A stretch of DNA of 64,000 nt. Origin: a virus (taxonomy: Duplodnaviria > Caudoviricetes). Made by a program: the position numbers and the translations under genes. The notes below the pieces were generated by a model, which made no database searches, was not told where the DNA came from, and worked only from the letters and a program-made list of their open reading frames with translations. Positions 28,976 to 38,136 of this stretch are shown piece after piece; position 1 is the stretch's first letter, and every line of letters starts with the position of its first letter. The stretch is taken from positions 1-64,000 of IMG/VR virus record IMGVR_UViG_3300025708_000007; one strand, written 5' to 3'.

Positions 28976-30100
28976 TTAATGATACAATAAAAAGGTTCTT
29001 TTTACATCTTTTCTTTGTGCTGCAATATCACCCTGTCCTTTTGGCAATACAATAACATCAAAAACACCTTGAGAACCTTCAGGTATTTTTATTAAGTCAT
29101 CATACATTATTAAAGTATTGATGTCTGCATTATACTTATCAGCAATTCTTTGCTTTAATGTAGCAATGCTGTTTTCGTCTTTTGGTATTAATTTGCCTTT
29201 ATCGTCCACAGCAAAATGCGGACCTTTTCTAATAAACAAATCATTAAAAATATCTGAGGACACTATTTCAGATGTTTTTGCTTGCGTTAAATCAACCTTC
29301 CCTTTTTCTTTTTCGGTAGCATCGACAGAAAAATTCAAGGTCACATCAGGGTCATTCAAGTTATAAACATCACCCATTTTCGTATGCGCATATGAGCCAA
29401 AATTATATCCTTTGCTTTTTAATTCACGTGTTATATCTGCAGCAATTTGAAAATATTTTTTTGAGAAAAAATCACCAGCATCATTCCATCTGAAAAGTAA
29501 TTTTTTACCTTTATTTTTCAATGCCACTATTTCAATTTCACGCCTCAATATTTCTTTAAATTCATCTGGTTTATTTAACAACAGGTTTAAAATTCTTGTT
29601 TGCTTTACAAATATTGATGGTATTAAAACATATCTTCCACGTCTTGCATAGCACACTCTCTGGCAAGAACCTGCACCGGGACAAGTGTTTATAATATAAA
29701 ATTCTTTATTATCCATATCATATACTAACCCACGCAATGCAGGTATGCCGATATTAAATGTTATTGAATTATCAGTACCAGATTTTCCCATTTTTTCGTT
29801 TTGACTGATAATATTTGGGGGGTATGCTGTTATGTTATCAATAAAAGCCTGTACATCAATTTCTCCTTTTTCATCAAACGGAATTGCTTTATTGTGTACA
29901 AGTAACGATGATTTAGTTCTTTTATCTGAAGGCAATTCCTGATTAGACAATACTTTATTGAGATATTCTTTCAATGCCTCAACATTCATACATTCTTTTG
30001 AAACATCACTGAATTCACCTTCCCAATCAATTTCGTTCAATGACATCCCGCCAACACTTTCCATTAATTGAAAAAGTCGTTTCTTATTATCCTTATCCAT
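28976..30100 (-). CDS. GP88-like Cys-cluster protein with RLFEVM-like leader
   Basis: TCPGAGSCQRVCYA and LFRWNDAGDF motifs resemble the phage GP88 family (recollection). Confidence 0.6.
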   Translation of the reverse strand: MDKDNKKRLFQLMESVGGMSLNEIDWEGEFSDVSKECMNVEALKEYLNKVLSNQELPSDKRTKSSLLVHNKAIPFDEKGEIDVQAFIDNITAYPPNIISQNEKMGKSGTDNSITFNIGIPALRGLVYDMDNKEFYIINTCPGAGSCQRVCYARRGRYVLIPSIFVKQTRILNLLLNKPDEFKEILRREIEIVALKNKGKKLLFRWNDAGDFFSKKYFQIAADITRELKSKGYNFGSYAHTKMGDVYNLNDPDVTLNFSVDATEKEKGKVDLTQAKTSEIVSSDIFNDLFIRKGPHFAVDDKGKLIPKDENSIATLKQRIADKYNADINTLIMYDDLIKIPEGSQGVFDVIVLPKGQGDIAAQRKDVKRTFLLYH

Positions 30101-30172
30101 TGAAAATCATTTTTTATAAATACTCATTTCTATTTAAATAGCATTAGTATTTATATTAAATTCCAGTACGAA

Positions 30173-32020
30173 ATGAATTTAGAATGCTTAAACGACATAA
30201 TTACCGACAATTTGGCAATACACATTGATTTAACTAACATTAAATCATGGATTGATTGGAATACGGGTTTAACTGCATTTAGCTTAACCAAATGGGCAGG
30301 TGCAATTTCAGACAATATTAATCTTATTGATTTCGGTTTAACTGGTTTCGATAACGGAAGAACCGATATTATATGGAGCGGATTTACATTAACACCCAAC
30401 GACACATTATTTTCAATGCACAGGGTTGGTTATAATGAAGTACAAAACCCAACAACCGGACAAACAAGTGGTATTACGGTAACAACGGAATATCTTCCAA
30501 TGAGCGCAACTTCAGTAACTGGTGGTACTTCAAATTATTTTGATTTGGCAGGTGGTTATTTGCAAGGATTCTTTAAATTGAATGGATTTAATTATCAATT
30601 GTTTCCGGCACGCTATAATACGGGTATTACGATTGAAACACTATTATATCTATATCCAGATTCAGAAGGTATTTTCTTAATGATGGGTGCTCGTGCAGAA
30701 GACAAATATAATCCATATTTTTCTGGCGAAACAATGACAGGTATAACAACAACTGGCGTAACAACAAGTTTTGATAATTACTTGGATGCAATTCAGGAAA
30801 ATCAAACAATAAAGAGTGGATTTGGTGTTTTTGAGGAAAGAATGGAAGTTACATATTCACAACCCAATCCGCTCGATAACATAAAAAATAATGTAATTGC
30901 TTTCGAATTAACTGAAGACAAGCATTTGGCTTACAAATATATCAATAAAGACGGCTTAATTGTAACAAACGCTTCGGGTGCAATAATTGAAAGAACTGGT
31001 TTTACATGGATTACAATAACATTCACACCTGATTCAATAATCGAAGACCCGGATTTGCTTGAATGCGCAAAACAAAGAACTGGCAAATTAAAATTCTTCG
31101 TTAACGGACGCAGTGTTTGGACAATTAACGAATTCCCCGAATTTTATTTTAAAGCACTTATTAATGACAAAGAAAAACAAATAGGTGTCCCATATTCAAT
31201 TAGCTGGGGCGGTGGTTCATTTGGCTTAAAACATTCATGGCATTATGATTATCAAACATACGAATTATATACGGGACAAGACACAGCATACATTGAAAAT
31301 AATTTCTTTGTTGAAGCAAATCCAATTCCGGCAGAATGTTATATTCCCCCAACAGGAAGCACATATTTAAGTGGTTTATCGTTAAGTGCTGACAGTCAAA
31401 CATTTTATGGCGTTGATGAATGTAATCCAATGGTAATGATTCCAATGACAGTAATGCGCATTGAATTTACTGGTACAACGGGAAATTCATATTATATCAA
31501 ATATAATCATCCTGTTTCAGTTTTATCAAACAGGGATTGTGTAGTTGAATTGTCGGTATTTGATGCTGGTTTCTTCAGAATCGGTGCAACCAAAAAAATA
31601 TCAATATTGCCATACGGTAATGTTGACGTTAATATTATCAGCGAAACAGTATTTGATTCTGGTTTTGGTATGTGGAAACCATTGAAATGTGTATTCAGAA
31701 TAAATGATAATACTGGTCAGCAATTCATCAACATTGGAATATTAATCGAATCCAGTGATACTTTTAATGCCGATGTACCGTTATTTGTAACCGGGTTTGG
31801 TTATACTGCAGCAGACATATTAGTACAAGACCCAAGAAAAAACAACCTAACAATAGAGCAAAATTTTGATTCAGCATTTATCGGTGGAATCCAAAAATTG
31901 AGGATTTACGATAATGCGTTAACATCATCTGAAGTATTACATAATATATATTGGGAAACGAAAAACAACCCATATCAAAATATTGTTGTAAGTAAGGGTG
32001 GTAGAATTATCTATCGTTAG
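30173..32020 (+). CDS. putative virion structural protein (beta-rich, possible LamG-like parts)
   Basis: Thr/Gly-rich; FIGGIQKLRIYDNALT C-terminal motif typical of LamG; AGTATTTATA at 30146-30155. Confidence 0.55.
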   Translation: MNLECLNDIITDNLAIHIDLTNIKSWIDWNTGLTAFSLTKWAGAISDNINLIDFGLTGFDNGRTDIIWSGFTLTPNDTLFSMHRVGYNEVQNPTTGQTSGITVTTEYLPMSATSVTGGTSNYFDLAGGYLQGFFKLNGFNYQLFPARYNTGITIETLLYLYPDSEGIFLMMGARAEDKYNPYFSGETMTGITTTGVTTSFDNYLDAIQENQTIKSGFGVFEERMEVTYSQPNPLDNIKNNVIAFELTEDKHLAYKYINKDGLIVTNASGAIIERTGFTWITITFTPDSIIEDPDLLECAKQRTGKLKFFVNGRSVWTINEFPEFYFKALINDKEKQIGVPYSISWGGGSFGLKHSWHYDYQTYELYTGQDTAYIENNFFVEANPIPAECYIPPTGSTYLSGLSLSADSQTFYGVDECNPMVMIPMTVMRIEFTGTTGNSYYIKYNHPVSVLSNRDCVVELSVFDAGFFRIGATKKISILPYGNVDVNIISETVFDSGFGMWKPLKCVFRINDNTGQQFINIGILIESSDTFNADVPLFVTGFGYTAADILVQDPRKNNLTIEQNFDSAFIGGIQKLRIYDNALTSSEVLHNIYWETKNNPYQNIVVSKGGRIIYR

Positions 32021-32024
32021 AAGT

Positions 32025-32237
32025 ATGAGCGCATTAGAAAGATTGACAGAAATTTATCAGGGTTGGAAGAATTTTGCTTTTCCAAATCCCGAAACTGAAG
32101 AAATGGCAAAAAAAAGAATCACAATCTGTGTTGATTGTGATAAACTAAAAAGGAATAATACATGCGCACTCTGTGGCTGTTATATGCCAGCAAAGGTAAG
32201 AAGTCCAAAATCACATTGCAGATTAAAAAAATGGTAG
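32025..32237 (+). CDS. small Cys-rich (zinc-binding) protein
   Basis: CVDC...CALCGC...CRLKKW. Confidence 0.7.
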   Translation: MSALERLTEIYQGWKNFAFPNPETEEMAKKRITICVDCDKLKRNNTCALCGCYMPAKVRSPKSHCRLKKW

Positions 32238-32654
32238 TTATACCTTATTGGTTGTAATTAAGTAAGTATTTTCCAAAGCCTTGCCATGAAATTCATTATC
32301 TTCTAAGCAAATTTTAGTATATGCTTCAAGAAGTACTGTCTTATCCCCAATTTCAAGCTCAAGACCACCATTAATACATGTTATACAACCAATATAATCT
32401 CTCTTTCTGTGTTCAAGAATTGCACCTTTTGGGATAAAAAAGAATACTACCTTTTCATCTGGTTTGTTTACGTTAATTATTCTTTTATATCTTATTTTAG
32501 TGTTGTCATCACAACTATCCCAATCGGTGAAAAAACGAATAATAAAGCCATCCTCAATTTCATGAACTGCCGGAAATCTATCTAACATTTCATTTCTTAA
32601 TTTAAGAATCTGCTTATTGATTTTGTCTAATATTTGTTTTTTTTCGTCTGTCAT
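32238..32654 (-). CDS. hypothetical protein (cupin-like C-terminus possible)
   Basis: ATG 32654 abuts the upstream stop at 32656; beta-rich. Confidence 0.65.
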   Translation of the reverse strand: MTDEKKQILDKINKQILKLRNEMLDRFPAVHEIEDGFIIRFFTDWDSCDDNTKIRYKRIINVNKPDEKVVFFFIPKGAILEHRKRDYIGCITCINGGLELEIGDKTVLLEAYTKICLEDNEFHGKALENTYLITTNKV

Positions 32655-32655
32655 T

Positions 32656-33300
32656 TTAACAATAAGGTGATTTTGACATATTATTATAACGACTACTATT
32701 GTCTTCAATAGATAGCGTTCTGTTTTCAATAAAACCTTCAGTATATTCTCTAATAAACAGTGTTTGAATGTTACGTGGGGCATGTTTAAATGCAAGGAAA
32801 TCTATTTCATCACCATCGGGACTCCACATGGTCACTTGAATATCATCCCAATTTAAGTGTGTGAAATACGCCTCACCTTCAGCTTCTCTATCAGTATCAG
32901 GTGTACCACCAAGTCTTGCAGGTGTATAATAACCACCCTTTCCAATTGAAATTTTGTCTGAATCAAAAATCAATGTAAATTTTACAGGTGCTTGTGTTTC
33001 ATCATGTTTATATTCAATTTCAAGACCATAAAATAATGTTAAGTACGATGCGTCACCAAAATCATTTTCCCAATCACCATCAATTGTTGCATCCGTTACA
33101 TTAATTTTTATTTTTCTATTTCTTTCAGTTTTTCTATAATCATTGATACTGAGTAATGAATCACAAATAAATTGCTTTTGAAAATCTTCACTCGACAACA
33201 ATCTCAAATCGTTTTCTTCTTGAAGACGTTTTTCACTACCTAAAAAATCAAAATTGGAAATCTCTTCGTTGATTATTTTTATAAATTCTTTCTTTTTCAC
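32656..33300 (-). CDS. hypothetical late protein
   Basis: MKKKEFIKIINEEI N-terminus; GTATTTAT motif (rc 33315-33324). Confidence 0.7.
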   Translation of the reverse strand: MKKKEFIKIINEEISNFDFLGSEKRLQEENDLRLLSSEDFQKQFICDSLLSINDYRKTERNRKIKINVTDATIDGDWENDFGDASYLTLFYGLEIEYKHDETQAPVKFTLIFDSDKISIGKGGYYTPARLGGTPDTDREAEGEAYFTHLNWDDIQVTMWSPDGDEIDFLAFKHAPRNIQTLFIREYTEGFIENRTLSIEDNSSRYNNMSKSPYC

Positions 33301-33501
33301 AAAGCAAAATTTATTATAAATACTTATTACTTTATATAAATGCAGAAAAATTTGTGCTATCCAAGTATTTATGAAATGAAAGGGTCATTGCTTAATAGTG
33401 ATATTAAGTTAGGTCAGATAAAGTTAGATGTGACTTTTAAAATTTTATCGCCTGATAGGGGTTATGTAAAATTTTAGACTTGACTTTTCAAAAGAAAGAT
33501 T

Positions 33502-33540
33502 AAACGCACCTTGTTATCATATATAAGGTGCGTTTTTTTT
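33502..33540 (+). terminator. intrinsic terminator insulating tRNA operon 1
   Basis: AAACGCACCTT...AAGGTGCGTTT followed by a T run. Confidence 0.75.
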
Positions 33541-33578
33541 CACAAAAAAATATTTTTTTGAAAAATTTTTCGAAAAAG

Positions 33579-33609
33579 TTTGTATTTATGATTTTAAGTG
33601 CTATATTTG
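33579..33609 (+). promoter_or_regulatory. Bacteroidota sigma-A-type promoter of tRNA operon 1
   Basis: TTTG-N19-TATATTTG. Confidence 0.8.
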
Positions 33610-33642
33610 CACTATCATTTTTTAAGATTTATTGCTATAGTT

Positions 33643-33717
33643 ATGGAGAATTTTGTACATATTCAACCCCAGCCACAACAGCATCCACAAGATGGTGAAT
33701 GGGGAACATGTGCTTAA
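33643..33717 (+). CDS. attenuator leader peptide 1 (His/Gln/Pro-rich)
   Basis: MENFVHIQPQPQQHPQDGEWGTCA; upstream of Pro/His/Gln tRNAs. Confidence 0.8.
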   Translation: MENFVHIQPQPQQHPQDGEWGTCA

Positions 33718-33752
33718 TTTTTCGAAGATGAAGTTTTGAGTTAAACATTGTG

Positions 33753-33783
33753 AACCCCATTCTGAAAAGAGTGGGGTTTTTTT
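33753..33783 (+). terminator. attenuator terminator 1
   Basis: AACCCCATTC-TGAAAA-GAGTGGGGTT+T5; 5' arm is also complementary to GAATGGGG (33697-33704). Confidence 0.85.
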
Positions 33784-33796
33784 GTTCTTTGAAATT

Positions 33797-33871
33797 CTGG
33801 GTGTTCCGCAGATGGCTATACGGGCGTGCCTTGGAAGCACGTGTTCGCTGGTTCGAATCCAGCTACCCAGA
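33797..33871 (+). tRNA. tRNA-Pro(TGG)
   Basis: cloverleaf; CGTGC-CTTGGAA-GCACG; GTTCGAATC T-loop. Confidence 0.9.
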
Positions 33872-33877
33872 CAACAC

Positions 33878-33953
33878 GGTGAGCGTAGTTCAGTTGGCAG
33901 AACACCAGATTGTGGTTCTGGTTGTCGCTGGTTCGAATCCAGTCGTTCACCCA
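33878..33953 (+). tRNA. tRNA-His(GTG)
   Basis: cloverleaf; CCAGA-TTGTGGT-TCTGG; encoded G-1, C73. Confidence 0.92.
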
Positions 33954-34123
33954 AAAATATCGATGATTTTATCTATATTTTCAAAATATCGATGAATTTA
34001 TCGATAAAATGAAAATATCGCTTAATTACACGATAATTGTATTTATCACGTAAACAAGTGATAAATAAGTTCTTTGAATTAATGAAAAAATGGGATTTGA
34101 AAAATTTTCAAGTATTTATTTAC

Positions 34124-34531
34124 ATGAAATATCCTAAGATAATAAAACGTTGTCCTATTTGTGATAAAGAATTTGAAACAAAATCGGGACACCCCAAAGA
34201 AAAAACAGTTTGTTCACATTCTTGTGCAAACACATATTTTCGGTCTGGAACTTCAAATCCTAATTACAAAAATGATGATGAATTAACTGGTGTTGCGAAA
34301 TACATTAGAATTTGTTTTCGATATCATCCTAAAAAATGCGTCTGCTGCAATGAAACAAATATTGTGGAAGTGCATCATTATGATAATAATAAAGAAAATA
34401 ATTCACCCGAAAACTTAATACCTTTATGTCCAACACATCATCAATATTGGCACAGTAGATTTAGACATTTGATTAAAACAAAGATTGATAAATATATTGT
34501 GGAATTTAAAAAAAATTTTATCGGGGTGTAG
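34124..34531 (+). CDS. HNH homing endonuclease
   Basis: CPIC, CSHSC, CVCC...EVHHYD...NLIPLCPTHH; track start 34037, ATG 34124 preferred. Confidence 0.8.
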   Translation: MKYPKIIKRCPICDKEFETKSGHPKEKTVCSHSCANTYFRSGTSNPNYKNDDELTGVAKYIRICFRYHPKKCVCCNETNIVEVHHYDNNKENNSPENLIPLCPTHHQYWHSRFRHLIKTKIDKYIVEFKKNFIGV

Positions 34532-34594
34532 CGCAGTTGGTAGCGTACCTGCTTTGGGAGCAGGGGGTCGTCAGTTCGAGCCTGACTACCCCGA
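34522..34594 (+). tRNA. tRNA-Pro(TGG)
   Basis: cloverleaf; CCTGC-TTTGGGA-GCAGG. Confidence 0.93.
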
Positions 34595-34596
34595 CT

Positions 34597-34671
34597 GTGT
34601 TAGATGAAGATATTGGTTCTCTTCGCCTGATTGTGACTCAGGCTTCTGCGGGTTCGATTCCCGTCTAACAC
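34597..34671 (+). tRNA. tRNA-His(GTG)
   Basis: CCTGA-TTGTGAC-TCAGG; G-1, C73. Confidence 0.85.
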
Positions 34672-34679
34672 CTAATTAT

Positions 34680-34752
34680 TGTCTCGTGGTGTAACGGCTA
34701 ACATGGCTGACTCTGACTCAGGAGATTGCAGGTTCGAATCCTGCCGAGACAA
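34680..34752 (+). tRNA. tRNA-Gln(CTG)
   Basis: T1:A72 acceptor; loop CTCTGAC. Confidence 0.88.
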
Positions 34753-34756
34753 CAGT

Positions 34757-34849
34757 GGTGACAGATATAAAAAACTGCACGAGAAACAGACACGAGTGGG
34801 TTAAGAGTTGTTTTAATACCCGCAATGGTTGCCAGTACCTAATGTCACC
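34757..34849 (+). ncRNA. 93-nt structured element, copy 1
   Basis: 7-bp terminal stem GGTGACA/TGTCACC; core near-identical to 39727..39819. Confidence 0.7.
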
Positions 34850-34854
34850 CAAAT

Positions 34855-34937
34855 TGACCTCTGGCAGAATGGTTATTGCATCGGTCTTTGAAGCCGACAC
34901 CCTTTGTGGTTTACAGGTTCGAGTCCTGTGGGGTCAA
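34855..34937 (+). tRNA. tRNA-Gln(TTG) with long variable arm
   Basis: TCGGT-CTTTGAA-GCCGA; ~14-nt variable region. Confidence 0.75.
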
Positions 34938-35010
34938 CAAAATATATTTTTTTGCATATATTTTAATATGTTTGCATAAAATTATATTTATTTACATATA
35001 TTTGCATAAT

Positions 35011-35165
35011 TATTGTTACGTGACGAAGCGATTCGTAATTAAGCCTTTGACTGTAAACCTTCACAGGGGTTCGGTTGCTTTCAGGATATAGTTCACTGGT
35101 TATGTGGAAAGTAACACTGTGTTAAGTGATAACTTAATGAAAGTAAAGACAGTCCCGTAACAATA
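35011..35165 (+). ncRNA. candidate 155-nt multibranch ncRNA
   Basis: TATTGTTACG/CGTAACAATA closing stem with internal hairpins. Confidence 0.5.
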
Positions 35166-35168
35166 CAT

Positions 35169-35242
35169 TGACCCGTAGTGTAATTGGTTAACACGTCTCA
35201 CTTTGACTGAGAAGACTACAGGTTCGAGTCCTGTCGGGTCAA
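35169..35242 (+). tRNA. tRNA-Gln(TTG)
   Basis: TCTCA-CTTTGAC-TGAGA; T1:A72. Confidence 0.93.
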
Positions 35243-35712
35243 CTTTTTTTACGACAATGCGTTGGTAATGTTGCGTTACAGTTAGGACATAAAATTCTTA
35301 GATTTTCAATTCTATGGTCTGAATTATCACCATTAATATGGTCGAGAATTAAACTTATATGTTCACCGTTCCAATTTTCATTCTGACCACATTTTTCACA
35401 AATACGTTTTTTTAATCCTTCTTCATATAATCTATTCTTAATATTACCCAAATTTGTATAGGTTGAGCCAGACACTAAAATTTCGATTGTTGAAATTTTG
35501 CGAGAATTATTTAATTTGGTGTTTGTTCTCATATACCGTTCTACTTTTGATTCGAAATGTGAAATATCAATATCATATAATTTAATATATTTCTTTAGTG
35601 TAGGTCTCGAATTTCCTTTAATTCCCAATCCCAATTTTTGAAGTATTTCGGTATAATTTTTCGAGTTTTTTACAATAGGTTCAAAATTTTCTCGCAAATA
35701 TTTTGTTTTCAT
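35239..35712 (-). CDS. HNH homing endonuclease
   Basis: CEKC...LILDHINGDNSDHRIENLRILCPNC. Confidence 0.88.
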   Translation of the reverse strand: MKTKYLRENFEPIVKNSKNYTEILQKLGLGIKGNSRPTLKKYIKLYDIDISHFESKVERYMRTNTKLNNSRKISTIEILVSGSTYTNLGNIKNRLYEEGLKKRICEKCGQNENWNGEHISLILDHINGDNSDHRIENLRILCPNCNATLPTHCRKKS

Positions 35713-35777
35713 ATTTTATTTTTTTAACTTCGTGGTTTATTTTAAAATAAATAGTTAAAAATAAAAAAACAACAACG

Positions 35778-36179
35778 ATGAGTTACAATTTATTTCTTGA
35801 CGACTTCCGCATGCCAAAAGATGCTTTTGACTACATGCATTTACCAGTCTATATTCAAAAAGAATGGATTGTGGTTCGTAATTACCATGCATTTATTTCA
35901 TTAATTGAAGGAAAAGGAATTCCCGAAATTATATCTTTTGACCATGACCTTGCAGATGAACATTATGATTATCAGGAACATCTTGATGGTGATTATTATG
36001 ATATAATGACTGAAAAAACAGGATACCATTGCGCAAAATGGCTCATTGATTATTGTATTGATAACAATAAAGAACTTCCTGCAACGATTCTTATTCATTC
36101 GATGAATCCTGCTGGAAGTCTTAATATTAAATCTCTTTTCGATACCTATTATAAGTATCACGAAAAGGGTTTATTGTAA
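35778..36179 (+). CDS. cyclic-phosphate-processing receiver-like domain protein
   Basis: LFLDDFRMP, ISFDHDL, KTGYHCAKWL, IHSMNPAG pattern (family recalled, not searched). Confidence 0.65.
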   Translation: MSYNLFLDDFRMPKDAFDYMHLPVYIQKEWIVVRNYHAFISLIEGKGIPEIISFDHDLADEHYDYQEHLDGDYYDIMTEKTGYHCAKWLIDYCIDNNKELPATILIHSMNPAGSLNIKSLFDTYYKYHEKGLL

Positions 36180-37325
36180 TTATCTTCTGCCACCACTTGA
36201 ACTTCTACCTGCTGAACTGCTGGATGAAGAACTTCCCGAACTTCTACTTGCCCCGGACGAACCAGAACTGAAAGAAGAACTGTTTCTGCTTTGATTCGAA
36301 TAACTACTTGAACTTCTATTGTATGATTGTGGAGTACTTGATGAAGGACGTGAATAGCTGTTCGAACTTCTTGAAGTGGATGGTGTCGAATATGACGGTC
36401 TGCTACTATTTGTAGAAGGACGAGAATAAATCGGTTTATCCTGATTTGAAGGAGTAGTTGTGCGAGTTTGCGTTTGGGTACGTGTCTGAGTAGTTGACGA
36501 TGAACGAGTATATGTGCGATTTGGTGTTGTATTATTATAACTTGGTCTTGTACTCATACGTGGGTTTTCGTAAGAAGGAGTATATGTTCTTCTACTTTCA
36601 CTATATGTTGGCTTATTCTGCGGATTAGTGGCAACAGTACGTCTTTCTTGTGTTGCTGTAACAGTACGTGTTTGTGTCTGATTTTGAGCAACACTGATTC
36701 TTCTTGTTGGTTGACTAAGCGTCATTGTTGAAGGGCGTTCTCTACGACCATATTCAATATTGTTATAATACGGCTTTGATTGATTCCAACTATAATAATT
36801 GTAATTAATTGTTTGATATCTTGGTGTATACCAATACCTATATGGTTGATGCCAATACCAGTGTGAATAATATGGATACCCCCAACTATAATATGGATAA
36901 TACCAATCATAATAGAATGGGTCATACCATCCATAATTCCAACTCCAATACCATGAATCATAATAAAATGGTGAGTAATGATAACTATACCAAAAGCTAA
37001 AACTTCCGTGATGATACCTATTAATTAAATTTGCATAGTAATAATCATCGCTGTAATAATAATTGTTAACGATGGTTTTTTGTTGTTCCTTTTTAATTTC
37101 TCTTTTTTCTTGTCTTAAAAATTTTTGTTGCTGTTTGATAGTATCTAATTTAGCGTTATAATAGAGGTCATCAAACTCTGGTTTTTCTGCAACCTTCAAT
37201 GTGTCACCAAATTTTGCAGCTTCTTTAGCTTCCCAATACTTCTCGTAATCGGATTTTTCTCTAACTTGTGCAATTAATGCACCAGTTAAAAGTAATGCAA
37301 TTATTGTTAAGATTAATCTTTTCAT
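36180..37325 (-). CDS. secreted/envelope protein with Tyr/Trp-rich and Ser/Thr/Arg low-complexity regions
   Basis: signal peptide MKRLILTIIALLLTGALIAQ; YW-rich middle; S-rich tail. Confidence 0.75.
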   Translation of the reverse strand: MKRLILTIIALLLTGALIAQVREKSDYEKYWEAKEAAKFGDTLKVAEKPEFDDLYYNAKLDTIKQQQKFLRQEKREIKKEQQKTIVNNYYYSDDYYYANLINRYHHGSFSFWYSYHYSPFYYDSWYWSWNYGWYDPFYYDWYYPYYSWGYPYYSHWYWHQPYRYWYTPRYQTINYNYYSWNQSKPYYNNIEYGRRERPSTMTLSQPTRRISVAQNQTQTRTVTATQERRTVATNPQNKPTYSESRRTYTPSYENPRMSTRPSYNNTTPNRTYTRSSSTTQTRTQTQTRTTTPSNQDKPIYSRPSTNSSRPSYSTPSTSRSSNSYSRPSSSTPQSYNRSSSSYSNQSRNSSSFSSGSSGASRSSGSSSSSSSAGRSSSGGRR

Positions 37326-37407
37326 ATCTTGTGTGTTTAAATAAATAAAACAATTTTCGTGCCGGAATTATTAATATCTTTATGGTATTTATTATAAATA
37401 TTTGATT

Positions 37408-38121
37408 ATGAAAAATCGGGGTGGTAGACAAAGACTTTTTGAAGTTCTGGCAAAAGTAGACCCAACTTTCAAACCCAAAGCAGGTACTGGTGCAAAGCTA
37501 TATGTAAAGCCATCGGATGTGCCGTTACAAATCATTGATTGGGCAAAATCAATTGTTGGCGGTGGCTTTCAAAACAATATAACAATACAAAAATCAACAG
37601 GTGCTGTAAAACTTGGTATGCCTTGGCATGATGCTGATAGAGAAACACACCAATATTTTAAATTAATGGATAATGGTGCTGCTGAAATGGGAAATCCAGT
37701 ATCAAGGTCAGGCTGGTCAGAAGTAAATATGGGTGATAGTTATGGTGAAGTTCCAATACCGTCAGGTTATGTTTTAGCAACAGTTGGTACATATCCAAAA
37801 AGGCTTAGAATAGTAACAAACCCGGATGCGATGGATGTGCTTTCAAATAATGATGAAGCATTAAACAAACTTTCTGATGAAGCATTGGTTGCGTTACACC
37901 AAGCAAAATCATATAAATCGTTTGCCAGACAAAAATTTAATAATAGTGTTTATGAGGAATTATTATCATCTGGATTAATGAACAAACAAAGAGCAATAAC
38001 AATTGATGGAAGAAATTTCATTAGTTCTCCAGAAGCCATTAAAAAATTAAAAAACATTAAAGAAAAAGATGAAAAGGAAAATGGCAGATGGAGTGCGAAA
38101 TATTATATGCCAAGTATTTAA
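37408..38121 (+). CDS. hypothetical protein with RLFEVM-like leader
   Basis: MKNRGGRQRLFEVLAKVDPTFKPK; GGTATTTATT at 37384-37393. Confidence 0.75.
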   Translation: MKNRGGRQRLFEVLAKVDPTFKPKAGTGAKLYVKPSDVPLQIIDWAKSIVGGGFQNNITIQKSTGAVKLGMPWHDADRETHQYFKLMDNGAAEMGNPVSRSGWSEVNMGDSYGEVPIPSGYVLATVGTYPKRLRIVTNPDAMDVLSNNDEALNKLSDEALVALHQAKSYKSFARQKFNNSVYEELLSSGLMNKQRAITIDGRNFISSPEAIKKLKNIKEKDEKENGRWSAKYYMPSI

Positions 38122-38136
38122 TATAAAATAAATGTT

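Noticed and set aside
33376-33477. 33-aa ORF MKGSLLNSDIKLG... after a GTATTTAT motif
   Set aside because: The start is only ~3 nt from the motif, there is no distinctive composition, and it cannot be supported without homologs.
33610-33790. T-box riboswitch as the explanation for tRNA-operon leaders
   Set aside because: No T-box consensus (GGTGGNACCGCG) or Stem I motifs are seen in any of the four leaders, whereas each has a translatable cognate-codon ORF.
33622-34012. Track ORFs overlapping tRNA arrays (also 42129..42326, 45073..45540, 61084..61351, 62271..63566)
   Set aside because: They are translations of tRNA/tmRNA sequence, not genes.
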